DNA of 64,000 nucleotides from Haliotis cracherodii (GCF_022045235.1 NW_027266308.1:63240001-63304000), one strand, 5' to 3'; shown: positions 46,745-59,588, counted from the first letter of the stretch. Notes: generated by a model from the letters alone, not told the origin. A program made the numbers and translations.

Positions 46745-49180
46745 CTGTAGCTATGATGAAGCCAGTCACATGTCTGTGTGTAGCTATAATGAAGCCAGTC
46801 ACATGTCTCTGTAGCTATGATGAAGCCAGTCACATGTTTGTGTGTAGCTGTGATGAAGCCAGTCACATGTGTGTAGCTATGATGAAGCCAGTCACATGTC
46901 TGTAGCTATAATGAAGCCAGTCACATGTCTCTGTAGCTATGATGAAGCCAGTCACATGTCTGTGTGTAGCTGTGATGAAGCCAGTCACATGTTTGTGTGT
47001 AGCTGTGATGAAGCCAGTCACATGTCTCTGTGTGCTGTGATGAAGCCAGTCACATGTCTGTGTGTATCTGTGATGAAGCCAGTCACATGTTTGTGTGTAG
47101 CTGTGATGAAGCCAGTCATATGCCTGTGTGTAGCTATGATGAAGCCAGTCACATGTCTGTGTGTGCTGTGATGAAGCCAGTCACATGTCTGTGTAGCTAT
47201 GATGAAGCCAGTCACATGTTTGTGTGTAGCTGTGATGAAGCCAGTCACATGTCTGTGTGTAGCTGTGATGAAGCCAGTCACATGTTTGTGTGTAGCTGTG
47301 ATGAAGCCAGTCACATGTCTGTGTGTGCTGTGATGAAGCCAGTCACATGTCTGTGTAGCTATGATGAAGCCAGTCACATGTCTGTGTGTAGCTGTGATGA
47401 AGCCAGTCACATGTCTGTGTGTAGCTGTGATAAAGCCAGTCACATGTCTGTGTGTGCTGTGATGAAGCCAGTCACATGTCTCTGTAGCTATGATGAAGCC
47501 AGTCACATGTTTGTGTGTAGCTGTGATGAAGCCAGTCACATGTCTGTGTGTAGCTGTGGTGAAGCCAGTCACGTGTGTGTGCAGCTGTGATGAAGCCAGT
47601 CACATGTCTGTGTGTAGCTGTGATGAAGCCAGTCACTTGTGTGTGTAGCTGTGATGAAGCCAGTCACATGTCTGTGTATCTATGATGAAGCCAGTCACAT
47701 GTTTGTGTGTAGCTGTGATGAAGCCAGTCACATGTCTGTGTGTAGCTATGATGAAGCCAGTCACATGTCCGTGTGTAGCTGTGATGAAGCCAGTCACATG
47801 TCTGTGTAGCTATGATGAAGCCAGTCACATGTTTGTGTGTAGCTGTGATGAAGCCAGTCACTTGTGTGTGTAGCTGTGATGAAGCCAGTCACATGTCTGT
47901 GTATCTATGATGAAGCCAGTCACATGTCTGTGTGTAGCTGTGATGAAGCCAGTCACATGTCTGTGTAGCTATGATGAAGCCAGTCACATGTCTGTAGCTA
48001 TAATGAAGCCAGTCACATGTCTCTGTAGCTATGATGAAGCCAGTCACATGTCTGTGTGTAGCTGTGATGAAGCCAGTCACATGTTTGTGTGTAGCTGTGA
48101 TGAAGCCAGTCACATGTCTCTGTGTGCTGTGATGAAGCCAGTCACATGTCTGTGTGTATCTGTGATGAAGCCAGTCACATGTTTGTGTGTAGCTGTGATG
48201 AAGCCAGTCATATGCCTGTGTGTAGCTATGATGAAGCCAGTCACATGTCTGTGTGTGCTGTGATGAAGCCAGTCACATGTCTGTGTAGCTATGATGAAGC
48301 CAGTCACATGTTTGTGTGTAGCTGTGATGAAGCCAGTCACATGTCTGTGTGTAGCTGTGATGAAGCCAGTCACATGTCTGTGTGTAGCTGTGATGAAGCC
48401 AGTCACATGTCTGTGTGTGCTGTGATGAAGCCAGTCACATGTCTGTGTAGCTATGATGAAGCCAGTCACATGTCTGTGTGTAGCTGTGATGAAGCCAGTC
48501 ACATGTCTGTGTGTAGCTGTGATAAAGCCAGTCACATGTCTGTGTGTGCTGTGATGAAGCCAGTCACATGTCTCTGTAGCTATGATGAAGCCAGTCACAT
48601 GTTTGTGTGTAGCTGTGATGAAGCCAGTCACATGTCTGTGTGTAGCTGTGGTGAAGCCAGTCACGTGTGTGTGCAGCTGTGATGAAGCCAGTCACATGTC
48701 TGTGTGTAGCTGTGATGAAGCCAGTCACTTGTGTGTGTAGCTGTGATGAAGCCAGTCACATGTCTGTGTATCTATGATGAAGCCAGTCACATGTTTGTGT
48801 GTAGCTGTGATGAAGCCAGTCACATGTCTGTGTGTAGCTATGATGAAGCCAGTCACATGTCTGTGTAGCTATGATGAAGCCAGTCACATGTTTGTGTGTA
48901 GCTGTGATGAAGCCAGTCACATGTCTGTGTGTAGCTGTGATGAAGCCAGTCACATGTCTGTGTGTAGCTATGATGAAGCCAGTCACATGTCCGTGTGTAG
49001 CTGTGATGGAGCCAGTCACATGTCTGTGTGAAGCTGTGATGAAGCCAGTCACTTGTCTGTGTGTAGCTGTGATGAAGCCAGTCACATGTTTGTGTGTAGC
49101 TGTGATGAAGCCAGTCACATGTCTGTGTGTAGCTATAATGAAGCCAATCACATGTGTGTGTGTAGCTATGATGAAGCCAG
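46745..49180. repeat. 29-33-bp minisatellite with a 1092-bp higher-order duplication
   Basis: Unit tgtgatgaagccagtcacatgtctgtgtgtagc; matching variant patterns and ORFs at 47030 and 48122. Confidence 0.96.
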
Positions 49181-49710
49181 TGCTAGGTGTCAGTGTGTGC
49201 TGGGTGTTAGTTTGTGCTGGGCGTCAGTGTATGCTGGGTGTCAGTGTGTGCTGGGTGTCAGTGTGTGCTGGTCATCTGTGTGTGCTGGGCATCAGTGTGT
49301 GCTGGGCGTCTGTGTATGCTGGTCAACTGTGTGTGCTGGGCGTCTGTGTGCTGGGCGTCTATGTGTGCTGGGCGTCTATGTGTGCTGGTCATCTGTGTGT
49401 GCTGGGCGTCAGTGTGTGCTGGGCTTCTGTGTGTGCTGGGCGTCAGTGTGTGCTGGGCATCAGTGTGTGCTGGGTGTCAGTGTGTGCTGGGCGTCAGTGT
49501 GTGCTGGGCATCTGTGTGCTGAGCGTCTGTGTGTGCTGGGGGTCTGTGTGCAGGGCATCAGTGTGTGCTGGGCGTCTGTGTGTGCTGGGCGTCAGTGTGT
49601 GCTGGGCGTCTGTGTGTGCTGGGTGTCTCTGTGTGTGCTGGGCATCCATGTGTGCTGGGCGTCTGCGTGTGCTGGGTGTCCATGTGTGCTGGGCGTCCGT
49701 GTGTGCTGAG
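49181..49710. repeat. 18-20-bp GT-rich minisatellite
   Basis: Unit gtgtgtgctgggcgtc(a/t); abuts the previous array with no spacer. Confidence 0.93.
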
Positions 49711-50394
49711 CGGTTGAGTGCATAGAGACTGTAAAGCCAGTCACCAGAGACACGACAGTGGGAACCTTCACATATGATTGCTGGGATTAGCAGCAGTATC
49801 TTTAACATAATTGATTTTATACACCTTTGGCCCAGACAATGGCTATCTTTAGGAACACCCAACTAAAAATACACTCCAGAGCTCAATTTAGCTGTGTGTA
49901 CATTAGTTTTCCACCGTTAAGCAGCATCAGATTTCGGTGTAATTTCATGAATATGGCTGTCATGGACTATATTGGGCGAGATTTACTACAACTGTCCATG
50001 TCGTTACACACCTTTCTAAGAATGGCTGTACCTCTCTCATTTAGACATGTTCTACAAACATGAGAGCCGAGTTGCAGGATGTCAATAATGTGTGATGGAT
50101 GGCTTCATAGTCCTCACCCACTGGACTAGAGGCCGAGGTGGTCAGAGGAAAGTACTGTTGGGTTGGGTGCTGCAGAAATTAGCAGTGTTGATTATTGATG
50201 TTGTTTGACTGGGACAAGGTGAAGTGTCCATGTGATACGTTGCTTCACGTCAGTGTCACCAGTGGGCCAGGCAGTGTTTACATAGGGAGTTAGCAGACAG
50301 GGAAAATTGTATAGTGGTACACCAGTTTCAGGAACCTGTTAGGGACTGACACATCAGCAGCTGGTCATATAGAACATAGGGTCATATAGTGACA

Positions 50395-51320
50395 TGCCTC
50401 AACATACCTCAGTATCAGGTGATGGAACTCAACATCAGGTCACTTACTTCTACATCAGGTCATGTATATCAACATCAGGTCATGGACATCAACATCAGGT
50501 CACTTACTTCTACATCAGGTCATATATATCAACATCAGGTCATGGACCTCAACATCAGGTCACTTACTTCTACATCAGGTCATGTATATCAACATCAGGT
50601 CATGGACATCAACATCAGGTCACTTACTTCTACATCAGGTCATATATATCAACATCAGGTCATGGACCTCAACATCAGGTCACTTACTTCTACATCAGGT
50701 CATATATATCAACATCAGGTCATGGACCTCAACATCAGGTCACTTACATCAACATCAGGTCATATAAATCAACATCAGGTCATATATGTCAACATCAGGT
50801 CATATACATCAACATCAGGTCATATAAATCAACATCAGGTCATATATGTCAACATCAGGTCATATACATCAACATCAGGTCATATAAATCAACATCAGGT
50901 CATATATGTCAACATCAGGTCATATAAATCAACATCAGGTCACAGACCTCAACATCAGGTCACAGACCTCAACATCAGGTCATGGACATCAACATCAGGT
51001 CATATACATCAACATCAGGTCATATATGTCAACATCAGGTCACAGACTTTAACATCAGGTCATGGACATCAACATCAGGTCACTTACTTCTACATCAGGT
51101 CATATACCTCAACATCAGGTCACAGACCTCAACATCAGGTCATGGACCTTAGCATCAGGTCATATACCTCAACATCAGGTCACAGACCTCAACATCAGGT
51201 CATGGACCTTAGCATCAGGTCATATACGTCAATATAAGGTCACAGACCTCAACATCAGGTCATGGACCTTAGCATCAGGTCATGTACCTCAACATCAGGT
51301 CATATACCTCAACATCAGGT
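50395..51320. repeat. 20-bp minisatellite with 60/120-bp higher-order periodicity
   Basis: Constant acatcaggtca plus a variable ~8-nt segment. Confidence 0.95.
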
Positions 51321-52171
51321 GACAAATGCTTGAGCAAAATCAAATTTGAACAAGAGAAATAACGTAAAACAGACAATTAAAAGTGAAAGGCTAAATCATC
51401 ACCCAAACGAAAAGATTTGCCACTGGGGTTAACACAGGTTTCCGTTGTTTGTTGCACTGCGCAATTCAACGATTTGGTCATCCCCCAGTCTGCCCACTTC
51501 CGCCTTGGATTTTTTAATTGCATTATGTTTTTTTTTCTGTTTGAGTACCGTGTCCACAACTTGGGCCAAGAATTAGTAACAAAACAGAAAATGCCTTCAG
51601 TTGTCTACTCACGTGATAAATCCCTTTCCGGCGTTCATTTTGGAATAGGACTGAGGGCAGCATGTGGTTTATTATCCAAAGAGGATGTTAGTTATGAAAA
51701 GCTAGTTAGACATTAATTATTACTTTAATTATTCACAATGTCCAGATCAAAGGTCATTTTACTTTCAACCATGTATGCAAAGTTGATATTTGTGTGGGAA
51801 TAACAGAAATAACCCCAGATTTGCTCTTAATTGATGTTTGAGTTGTGTGTGACCACTTTCTGACTTATCCGTATCACATCACAAACATCACAAGATAGAC
51901 CATATAGTTATTGGACGCTGTAAGTCTACCTATCAGTCAATGAAAGCATAAAATAATATATATAAACCAATATTATATCATGCTTTGTCTCGTCACCTTA
52001 AGGACACCTATACCAGTATATACTTTGTCTCGTCACCTAAAAGTCTTTCGAGTACACCAAAGGGGATTGAGAAGTAAATACTTAGAACATACCAGCTAAC
52101 TTTTCCGATAGGGGTATGAATCTTTAGTTCTTAGGACTTATAAAAGGATTTGAAATAACATCTGACTAAGT

Positions 52172-52504
52172 GAGGTGAGGTGAAATTGGTTTTAACGTCA
52201 CGTCCAAAATTATTGCACTTTTATAGTGATGTGCATGCATGTGTGTGTGTGTGGCTGCTTGTACTAGTCCGGACTGATGTCGATTTATAGAGCTAGCTCA
52301 CTGAGATACCATGCCACAGTTTAACATGAATACCCCACTCAGACACAGTATACTGACTCTGAGCCAACCAGTCCTTGTTTTAGCCCCTTAATGCCGAGCG
52401 CCAGACATCTTTTAACGTCTTTTGGCATGACGAGGACATGTATTTGAACCCCGGACCTTCCGCTCTCCGGGCAGACGCTCTACAACTAGATAACGGAGGA
52501 GGTC
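52172..52504 (-). mobile_element. SINE family D copy
   Basis: Homologous to 576-930 with an internal deletion; TSD tctgactaagt (52161-52171 / 52505-52515). Confidence 0.88.
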
Positions 52505-52583
52505 TCTGACTAAGTAATAATGTGCAATACTTTTTGTAAACACTCTTTGTTTGAGTGACCTGAAATGAGGCTGACTTTGTTCT

Positions 52584-52916
52584 TCTCCGTGGTCTAGTGG
52601 ATAGAGTATCTGGCCGGAGAGAGGAATGTTGATTGTTCGATCCCAGGTTGTGTCGTACCATAGGGATGTTAGAAGATGGTACTTGTTGTTACCCTGCCTA
52701 GCACTAGGCATTAGGGGCTAAAACAAGGACTAGTTGGCTCGGAGTCTGTATTCTGTGTCTGAGGGGTGTTAAACTGCGGCATGGTGTCTGAGTGGGCTAG
52801 GGTAAAAAAAACCAGCGTGTCCAGACCTGTAAAAGGAGTCAAACAACCACATACATGTGAATACACATAGCAATAAATGTGCAATAATCTGTACCCCATT
52901 TCACCTCACTTCACCT
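52584..52916 (+). mobile_element. SINE family D copy, inverted relative to its neighbour
   Basis: Homologous to the reverse complement of 576-930. Confidence 0.85.
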
Positions 52917-53148
52917 TGGTCATCAGACTTAGATCACTGTTTCATGGTAATGGACATGTCATAATCCCACTCATGTTCCTTTGTCTGAAAAGGAATATGA
53001 CATAGTGACATTCCTATTGTGATAGCAGTAAGTTATGTAAGCTCTACAGTGTCAGTGTGTACAAGGTGTGTGTGTTATATGATCTATATGGGCTAGTTGA
53101 AGAGTAACAAACACAATATAGCTCTAATGAATGCCGTATGTTTATGGG

Positions 53149-53220
53149 GTCTGGTGTCCCCCGCCGTGATATTGCTGGAATATTGCTAAAAGCGGCGTAA
53201 AACCAAACTCACTCACTCAC
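53149..53220 (+). mobile_element. 5'-truncated SINE family A copy
   Basis: 3' tail only, flanked by a 12-bp TSD tatgtttatggg; signature of target-primed reverse transcription. Confidence 0.88.
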
Positions 53221-53354
53221 TATGTTTATGGGTACACAGATTGATAATGAATAATAAATGGTGTGGCACATCGGAGCTCATGGAATACAGAGGATGGATT
53301 GAAGCTTCTAATCATAATGTGCAATTCTTTGCTTTGAATTAATTAATTGTCCAT

Positions 53355-53700
53355 TGCACACTCTACTTTGTTTTTTATCACATACTCGCACATTCTACTT
53401 TGTTTCTGATTACATATTCTAATTTGTTTCAAATTATATACTTGCACATTCTTCTTTGTTTCTGATTACATACTTGCACATTCTTCTTTGTTTCTGATTA
53501 ATTAATTGCACTTCTACTTTGTTTGTGATTGAAAAATTGCATTTTCTTCTTTGTTTCTTTTTAATGAATTGTTCATTGACTTTGTTTCACACTCATTAAA
53601 TGAACTTTCTTTTTTGTGTTTTCTTATTAATAAATTGCGCGTTATACTTTTTTTCTGATTAATTAATCATCTTTCACATTCTACTTAACTTTGCTTCTGA
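53355..53700. repeat. Degenerate AT-rich ~32-bp tandem repeat
   Basis: Recurrent cacattct(a/t)ctttgtttctgatt. Confidence 0.65.
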
Positions 53701-53856
53701 TTTATTGCCCATCTCATTTTCCACTTACAAACCTTGAAGTTAAATTTGGATTCATTTCCTTCAATTAATTATTTGGACCGTGTACACTCTACTTTGTTGT
53801 AAACAATGCTCACCTTCATCGATGGCTTGAATTGGGAGATATACTTTGCTGAAAGC

Positions 53857-54157
53857 AGTGTCTGAAATAACTACCTGCCTGCTGGCCCGTGGCTGGTAAC
53901 TTTTCTGTTGGGCTGCATGATTTTCCTCCACTGTCTTAATTTTAAGACTTCTTACGTATTCAGTTTTATTATATTCTTATAGAGTCTCTTTGCATTATGT
54001 CTACTGAATCAAGTGCAATTTGTCTCTAATGTTTTGCAACTTTTCAATATTTATAATGTTCTGAATGCAGGCAGGTAACTTTGAAGATGGGCAGGCAACA
54101 TTTATGGGTCATATGCCCTTCTGTCTTGTTGGGTTTTAAGATTATTTGAAACACTAG
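53857..54157. mobile_element. hAT-like MITE
   Basis: cagtgtctgaaataa ... ttatttgaaacacta ends. Confidence 0.55.
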
Positions 54158-54712
54158 CTGAATGTTCCTGTTATTTCACAAGCTTCAGACATAAGGTGGA
54201 AACAATGAAACCCTGTGTATACTGTCCATGTTGTTGCCTTCGAGAAGGCAAGGAAGATACCTGGAGGGGTGGAAATATGATTTGATGGATGTGGGCAGTC
54301 TATGAGTCACAAAGTATGACGTATGTACATAACTCAGTTAATTACACCTGCAGAGGCAGGTGACATGATGCTGGAATACTAACTGATTGTCCTAAATGGC
54401 TTTCTAATGAGGATCTCAAACATCACACACAAGCCCCGCCAGGGTACAAGCGGAATTCATGTACTCCGTAGAAGTGTGTTCAATAACCCTGTACTTACTG
54501 AGAGCATATGCTGTTCACGTGTTCCAACCGATTTCATCAAGTGGGAGTTCGTGAACTTAAAACTGTTTTACGGTCAAGTTGACACTAGAACATTATGTTT
54601 TCTTAATTTTGATAACCTGTATTTTTGTATAAATTGACAGACACAGTTTTATTGTTATGTCAAGGGGTGGCTTCAACATGTTAATAGCTGACATCTGAGT
54701 GACGTAGCCCCA

Positions 54713-54956
54713 CACACTTTGTCTACTCATCTCACAATTAAAACCCTAACCATATATCTTTTTTTTCCAACCCAAAGTAAAATTAGAACATATGTTTTAA
54801 TCAAGCTTTAAGTTTGATCTTCAACAAGATCAAAGGAAATAAGCGAACTTAAAACTTAAAGCTTGATTAAAACATATGTTCTAATTTTGCTTTGGGTTGA
54901 AAATACATAAGACATATGGTTAGGGTTTTAATTGTGTTCAGAGAAGACAAAGTGTG
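54713..54956. repeat. Long AT-rich palindrome (~100-bp arms)
   Basis: caacccaaagtaaaattagaacatatgttttaatcaagctttaagttt versus aaacttaaagcttgattaaaacatatgttctaattttgctttgggttg. Confidence 0.9.
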
Positions 54957-55229
54957 ATTGTTTCTTGCATTTTCTGGGTGTTTTTGCTATTTAAGGAAAC
55001 TGAAAGAATATCTTTTGTTCTCACAATTTGAATGAAAAAAATCCTTTTTGTTGCATTTCAGCTGTGACATTTCAATGTTGTTAGTTTTCTGTTGTGCCCC
55101 CAGTTGCTTCCTCATAAAGAACAAGATGTTTTCAAACAGTGCTTTTTGGGATCATATTAACATTGAGTTCATAAAATACTTATTTCTCAAATGTAAATCA
55201 CAATGATACAAATTTTGTGTGTGGAAATT

Positions 55230-56772
55230 ACTATTAGTGTTATAACTAGTGTTATGTTGAGGTTGCTGTATATGAGAGTGTTGATCAGTGTTATTGTGAA
55301 GCTGCTGTGTATGAGAGTGTTGATCAGTGTTATACCGAGGCGGCTGTGTGTGAGAGAGTGGATCAGTGTTATGTGGAGGTGGCTGTGTGTGAGGGTGATG
55401 ATCAGTGTTATACCGAGGCGGCTGTGTGTGAGAGAGTGGATCAGTGTTATATGGAGGCGGCTGTGTGTGGGAGAGTGGATCAGTGTTATGTGGAGGCGGC
55501 TGTGTGTGGGAGAGTGGATCAGTGTTATGTGGAGGCGGCTGTGTGTGGGAGAGTGGATCAGTGTTATGTGGAGGCGGCTGTGTGTGGGAGAGTGGATCAG
55601 TGTTATGTGGAGGCGGCTGTGTGTGAGAGTGATGATCAGTGTTATGTTGAGGCGGCTGTATGTTTGAGTGATCATCAGTGTTATACCGAGGTGGCTGTGT
55701 GTGAGAGTGGATCAGTGTTATGTGGAGGCGGCTGTGTGTGAGAGTGATGATCAGTGTTATACCGAGGCGGCTGTGTGTGAGAGAGTGGATCAGTGTTATG
55801 TTGAGGCGGCTGTATGTGAGAGTGATCATCAGTGTTATACCGAGGCGGCTGTATGTGAGAGTGGATCAGTGTTATACCGAGGCGGCTGTGTGTGAGGGTG
55901 ATGATCAGTGTTATGTTGAGGCGGCTGTATGTGAGAGTGATCATCAGTGTTATGTGGAGGCGGCTGTGTGAGAGAGTGGATCAGTGTTATGTTGAGGCGG
56001 CTGTATGTGAGAGTGATCATCAGTGTTATACCGAGGTGGCTGTGTGTGAGAGAGTAGATCAGTGTTATGTTGAGGCGGCTGTGTGTGAGAGTGATGATCA
56101 GTGTGATACGGAGGCTGCTGTGTGTGAGAGAGTGGATCAGTGTTATGTGGAGGCGGCTGTGTGTGAGGGTGATGATCAGTGTTATACCGAGATGGCTGTG
56201 TGTGAGAGAGTGGATCAGTGTGATACGGAGGCTGCTGTGTGTGAGGGTGATGCTGATAGTGTTACTGTGAGGCTGCTGTGGATGAGAGTAATGATCAGTG
56301 TTATAGTGAGGGACCTGTGTACAAGAGTGATGGTCAGTGTTATACTGAGGCTGCTGTGAGTGAGAATGATGATAGTGTTAGAGTGAGGTAGCTGTGTGCT
56401 ATGGTGATAAGTGTTATAGTGAGGGACCTGTGTCCAATGGTGATGATTAGTGTTATAGTGAGGGACCTGTGTACTATGGTGATGATTAGTGTTATAGTGA
56501 GGGCCTGTGTACCACAGTGATGATTAGTGTTATAATTAGGGACCAGTGTACAACAGTGATGATTAGTGTTACAGTGAGGGACCTGTGTACTACAGTGATG
56601 ATTAGTGTTATAGTGAGGGACCTGTGTACCACAGTGATGATTAGTGCTATAGTGAGGGACCTGTGTCTCACTGTGATGATTAGTGTTATTGTGAGGGACC
56701 TGTGTACTATAGTGATGATTAGTGTTATAGTGAGGAACCTGTGTACTACAGTGATGATTAGTGTTATACTGA
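55230..56772. repeat. 37/39-bp minisatellite with two sequence-variant domains
   Basis: gatcagtgttat(accg/gtgg)aggcggctgtgtgtgagag grades into gtgatgattagtgttatagtgagggacctgtgtac after ~56290. Confidence 0.95.
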
Positions 56773-58412
56773 GATAGGTGTGTATGGAGATATTCTTAGG
56801 GCCCTCCCCAAGGGGATCTTGTCCACCAGACACAGGTGTGATTCAGAAATGAAAACTCGTCACTCATATGATTGATAAGGGTCTATTTTCTGTTGTGGTT
56901 CATGTTTAAATAGTCCCACCAGCAAAAAGGAAAAACTTGGGTCAGTGTGGAGGTCCCTGGTCTACAGCTGGCATGAGATTCTCTGTGTCTATACTATGTC
57001 TACTCTATGTAAGCCCCACCTTTCAGAGGAGTCTGTCATGTGTTAGACTTTCACTGACATCAGGATACTGTCAACAAAGTGTTTACCATCTGCAGGGAAA
57101 GTAGTGTTTTGGATATACCCACCCCACTGCGGCCGTGGCTTGGGACAGGTGTGTACATTTTTTGTTTCTCGGTGAACCTGTTTTATTCCAGTTTTCAAAT
57201 GAATATCAAAGATAGATCATTTATTTTATCAATTTCAGTAGTTGACTGAATATTTCCGTACATTGACGATGGTTACAAATTAGTGTTGGTCTTAGGATCC
57301 CCCTAGCTTTTTGCCCTTCTGTTTTTGATTCGGACCATCATAAAGTTGTCATGATGTAACTTCAAATGTGCGACGAAGTTGTCAAGTTGTTTCTACTGGT
57401 TTGATACAGAACTTGCTGTGACAGGAGCAGCCTGGACTGGGTGTTTATACCCAGCTCAGCTTTAAATGTGACAAACCATGAGATCGGGGACCTTATGGGT
57501 GAAATATCACATTTTGACTTTTCACTATGTTTTAAAACTACAGCATCTTCAAACACATAAGACGATTTATAAGTTTGAATTCATATTTATTACAGAGATA
57601 CATAACATCAAACAGGCCATCTTCAGTGAAGTAAGCTGACGTCAAATGTCTTTATGTCACAGCACAATTATATCCTTGCACCCATAAGGCTCCTTTCTCC
57701 TGGTGGGTCACAAACGTCCCTTCCAGATTACCCCCAAGATAATTGTAAAGGGACCTGTCCCCAGGACTCAACAGACCCCTAATTTTTTTAAGTTTTTATA
57801 TATGGGCTATGACATATATGACAAGGACTCTTGACCCTTGTATATTGTTTCTAAAAAGTTTAGAAGGGGCATACCGATATGTCACAATTGCTCATGGGCT
57901 GATGTTAGTACATTGATGACCAGTTAAGATTTCAATAGTCGACGTCAATGCTACCCTACACTGTCAAAAGCATCAACAGACGGAATGAAATGAAAACAAA
58001 CATATATTTAATCATTTACTTTTCCATTCATTTTGTCCAAAACACACTTTGCTTGAAGAGACACATAGATGTCTATTAAATACCCTGTTCATTATCACAG
58101 ACACTAATCCGATGTAATCTCCAGGGCTCTCTAACAACTTCGGCAATGTTTTCTGGGTCAGGGACTAGGTGGATGTATTACTGTAATTAGCTTTTATGGT
58201 AGTGATTATGATACAAGGAAGTCTGTGATCTATGGAGGTAATTAGCAAATGATTGCAGTACTATTTCAGCAGTTGTACCGATATTTTATTGTGCATATAC
58301 ACCCATTAGGTGCCGGGTATAGACATAAATTAAACACCTTTTACATAACGACAGTTAGAACTATTATACAGTTATGATAATATATGAGTTAGTACACAAC
58401 TATCATAATCAT

Positions 58413-58759
58413 CAGCGTTAAAAACTAACAGTTTTAGACCACTAGTCCTTATAATGATAACATATCGCAAACCCCTTAAAAAGGGCAAATTAGTTATTAT
58501 GATACCTTAACTATTGGGCAGTTTGGCAAGGACTATAGGACTAGTGTCAATTTCTAACGCTGTTCATATAACTTTGCTTCATTTTCGGAGTTTAAAACTG
58601 CTTGTCCTAACTGCGTTAGAAACTGGCACTAGTCCTGTCATCCTTGCCAAACTGCGCAATAGTTAGGTATCATTAGTAGAAATTAGCCCTTTTTAAGGGT
58701 TTTGCTATATGTTATTATCATAAGGACTAGCGGACTAGAACTGTTAGTTTCTACCGCTG
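58413..58759. mobile_element. Inverted pair of ~150-bp MITEs (58413-58562 and 58611-58759); third copy at 45452-45605
   Basis: TIR cagcgttaaaaact / tttctaacgctg; the second copy is the reverse complement of the first. Confidence 0.82.
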
Positions 58760-59049
58760 CCTACTGTCACTAGTACGAGAGGACACATGGCTCTGTCAAA
58801 TCTTGAACTCTGACTTTCAATACAGAACAGAAATGCAACAAGACAGCTCTATGTCATACTTCATTGTATAAGAATCGGGTGGTCCTTTAACGTTTTGTGA
58901 GTAATGTTTCATCCATGAAGTACAACAGTATGATTATATGAGAACATTGTAAGGATATAAATCAACGTCCCCATGCTGGAACCCTTGCAAGTCTCATCTG
59001 TATGTTCTCTTTGGGAAATGAAGGTAAACCTTGCAGAAGAAACATTGCC

Positions 59050-59374
59050 TGGGCCCTGTTCCACAAAGCGATCTTTGCTATGACTGTCGTAAGCCTATGT
59101 TAAAGTATGGGAGTTACGATCATGTTAGCGCTAAGATCGTTTTGTGGAACGGGGCCCTGGTGACTGGTTCCTAGGGCTATGTATTGGAAAAACAATTTTT
59201 TTGCAATATATTGAGATACAGGTATCAGTATTGTGATATGTGTTCTAATATACTGGGAGATCAGGGCCCACTTGCACTAAGCGATCTCAGCGCTAAGATG
59301 ATCGTAACTCCCATACTTTAGCATAGGCTTACAATAGTCTTAGCGCTAAGATCGCTTTGTGCAAGTGGGCCCAG
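59050..59374. mobile_element. Two short palindromic MITEs (59050-59160 and 59262-59374)
   Basis: Same family as 998-1110; the second has TIR gggcccacttgcac / gtgcaagtgggccc. Confidence 0.82.
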
Positions 59375-59588
59375 GTGTTTGACAGTGGTTGACACTCACT
59401 GTACATGCCAAACCTGTATTCCACATACTGAAGTAAACATTACGATGTCAGCGAGGACGGCATGGTCAGTCTCGGCTGGTGGAAAGAAATATTCTGCATT
59501 TCTGCCGTCTTGTGAATCCGTTTTGAAGAAAAACATGATTTGTTGAATGAATTTCTGTGAAGATTTTAGGTTAAACAATACAATAAAT

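Noticed and set aside
46745-49180. Hammerhead ribozyme / retrozyme (tgatga motif in tandem repeats)
   Set aside because: No CUGANGA core paired with GAAA and no three-stem fold; units are far shorter than retrozyme monomers.
46869-49862. Cys-rich ORFs (CDEASHM, CAGRLCVLG repeats)
   Set aside because: Open in several frames on both strands, and unit lengths vary by non-multiples of 3; minisatellite artefacts.
50395-51320. CRISPR-like repeat/spacer appearance and a 282-aa ORF
   Set aside because: Variable parts are only ~8 nt and recur, there are no cas genes, and the context is eukaryotic; the ORF is a by-product of a stop-free repeat.
55152-56833. Repetitive ORFs such as DQCYVEAAVC and HTQPPPHNTD
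   Set aside because: Frame-breaking 37/39-bp unit variation and no splice or homology support.
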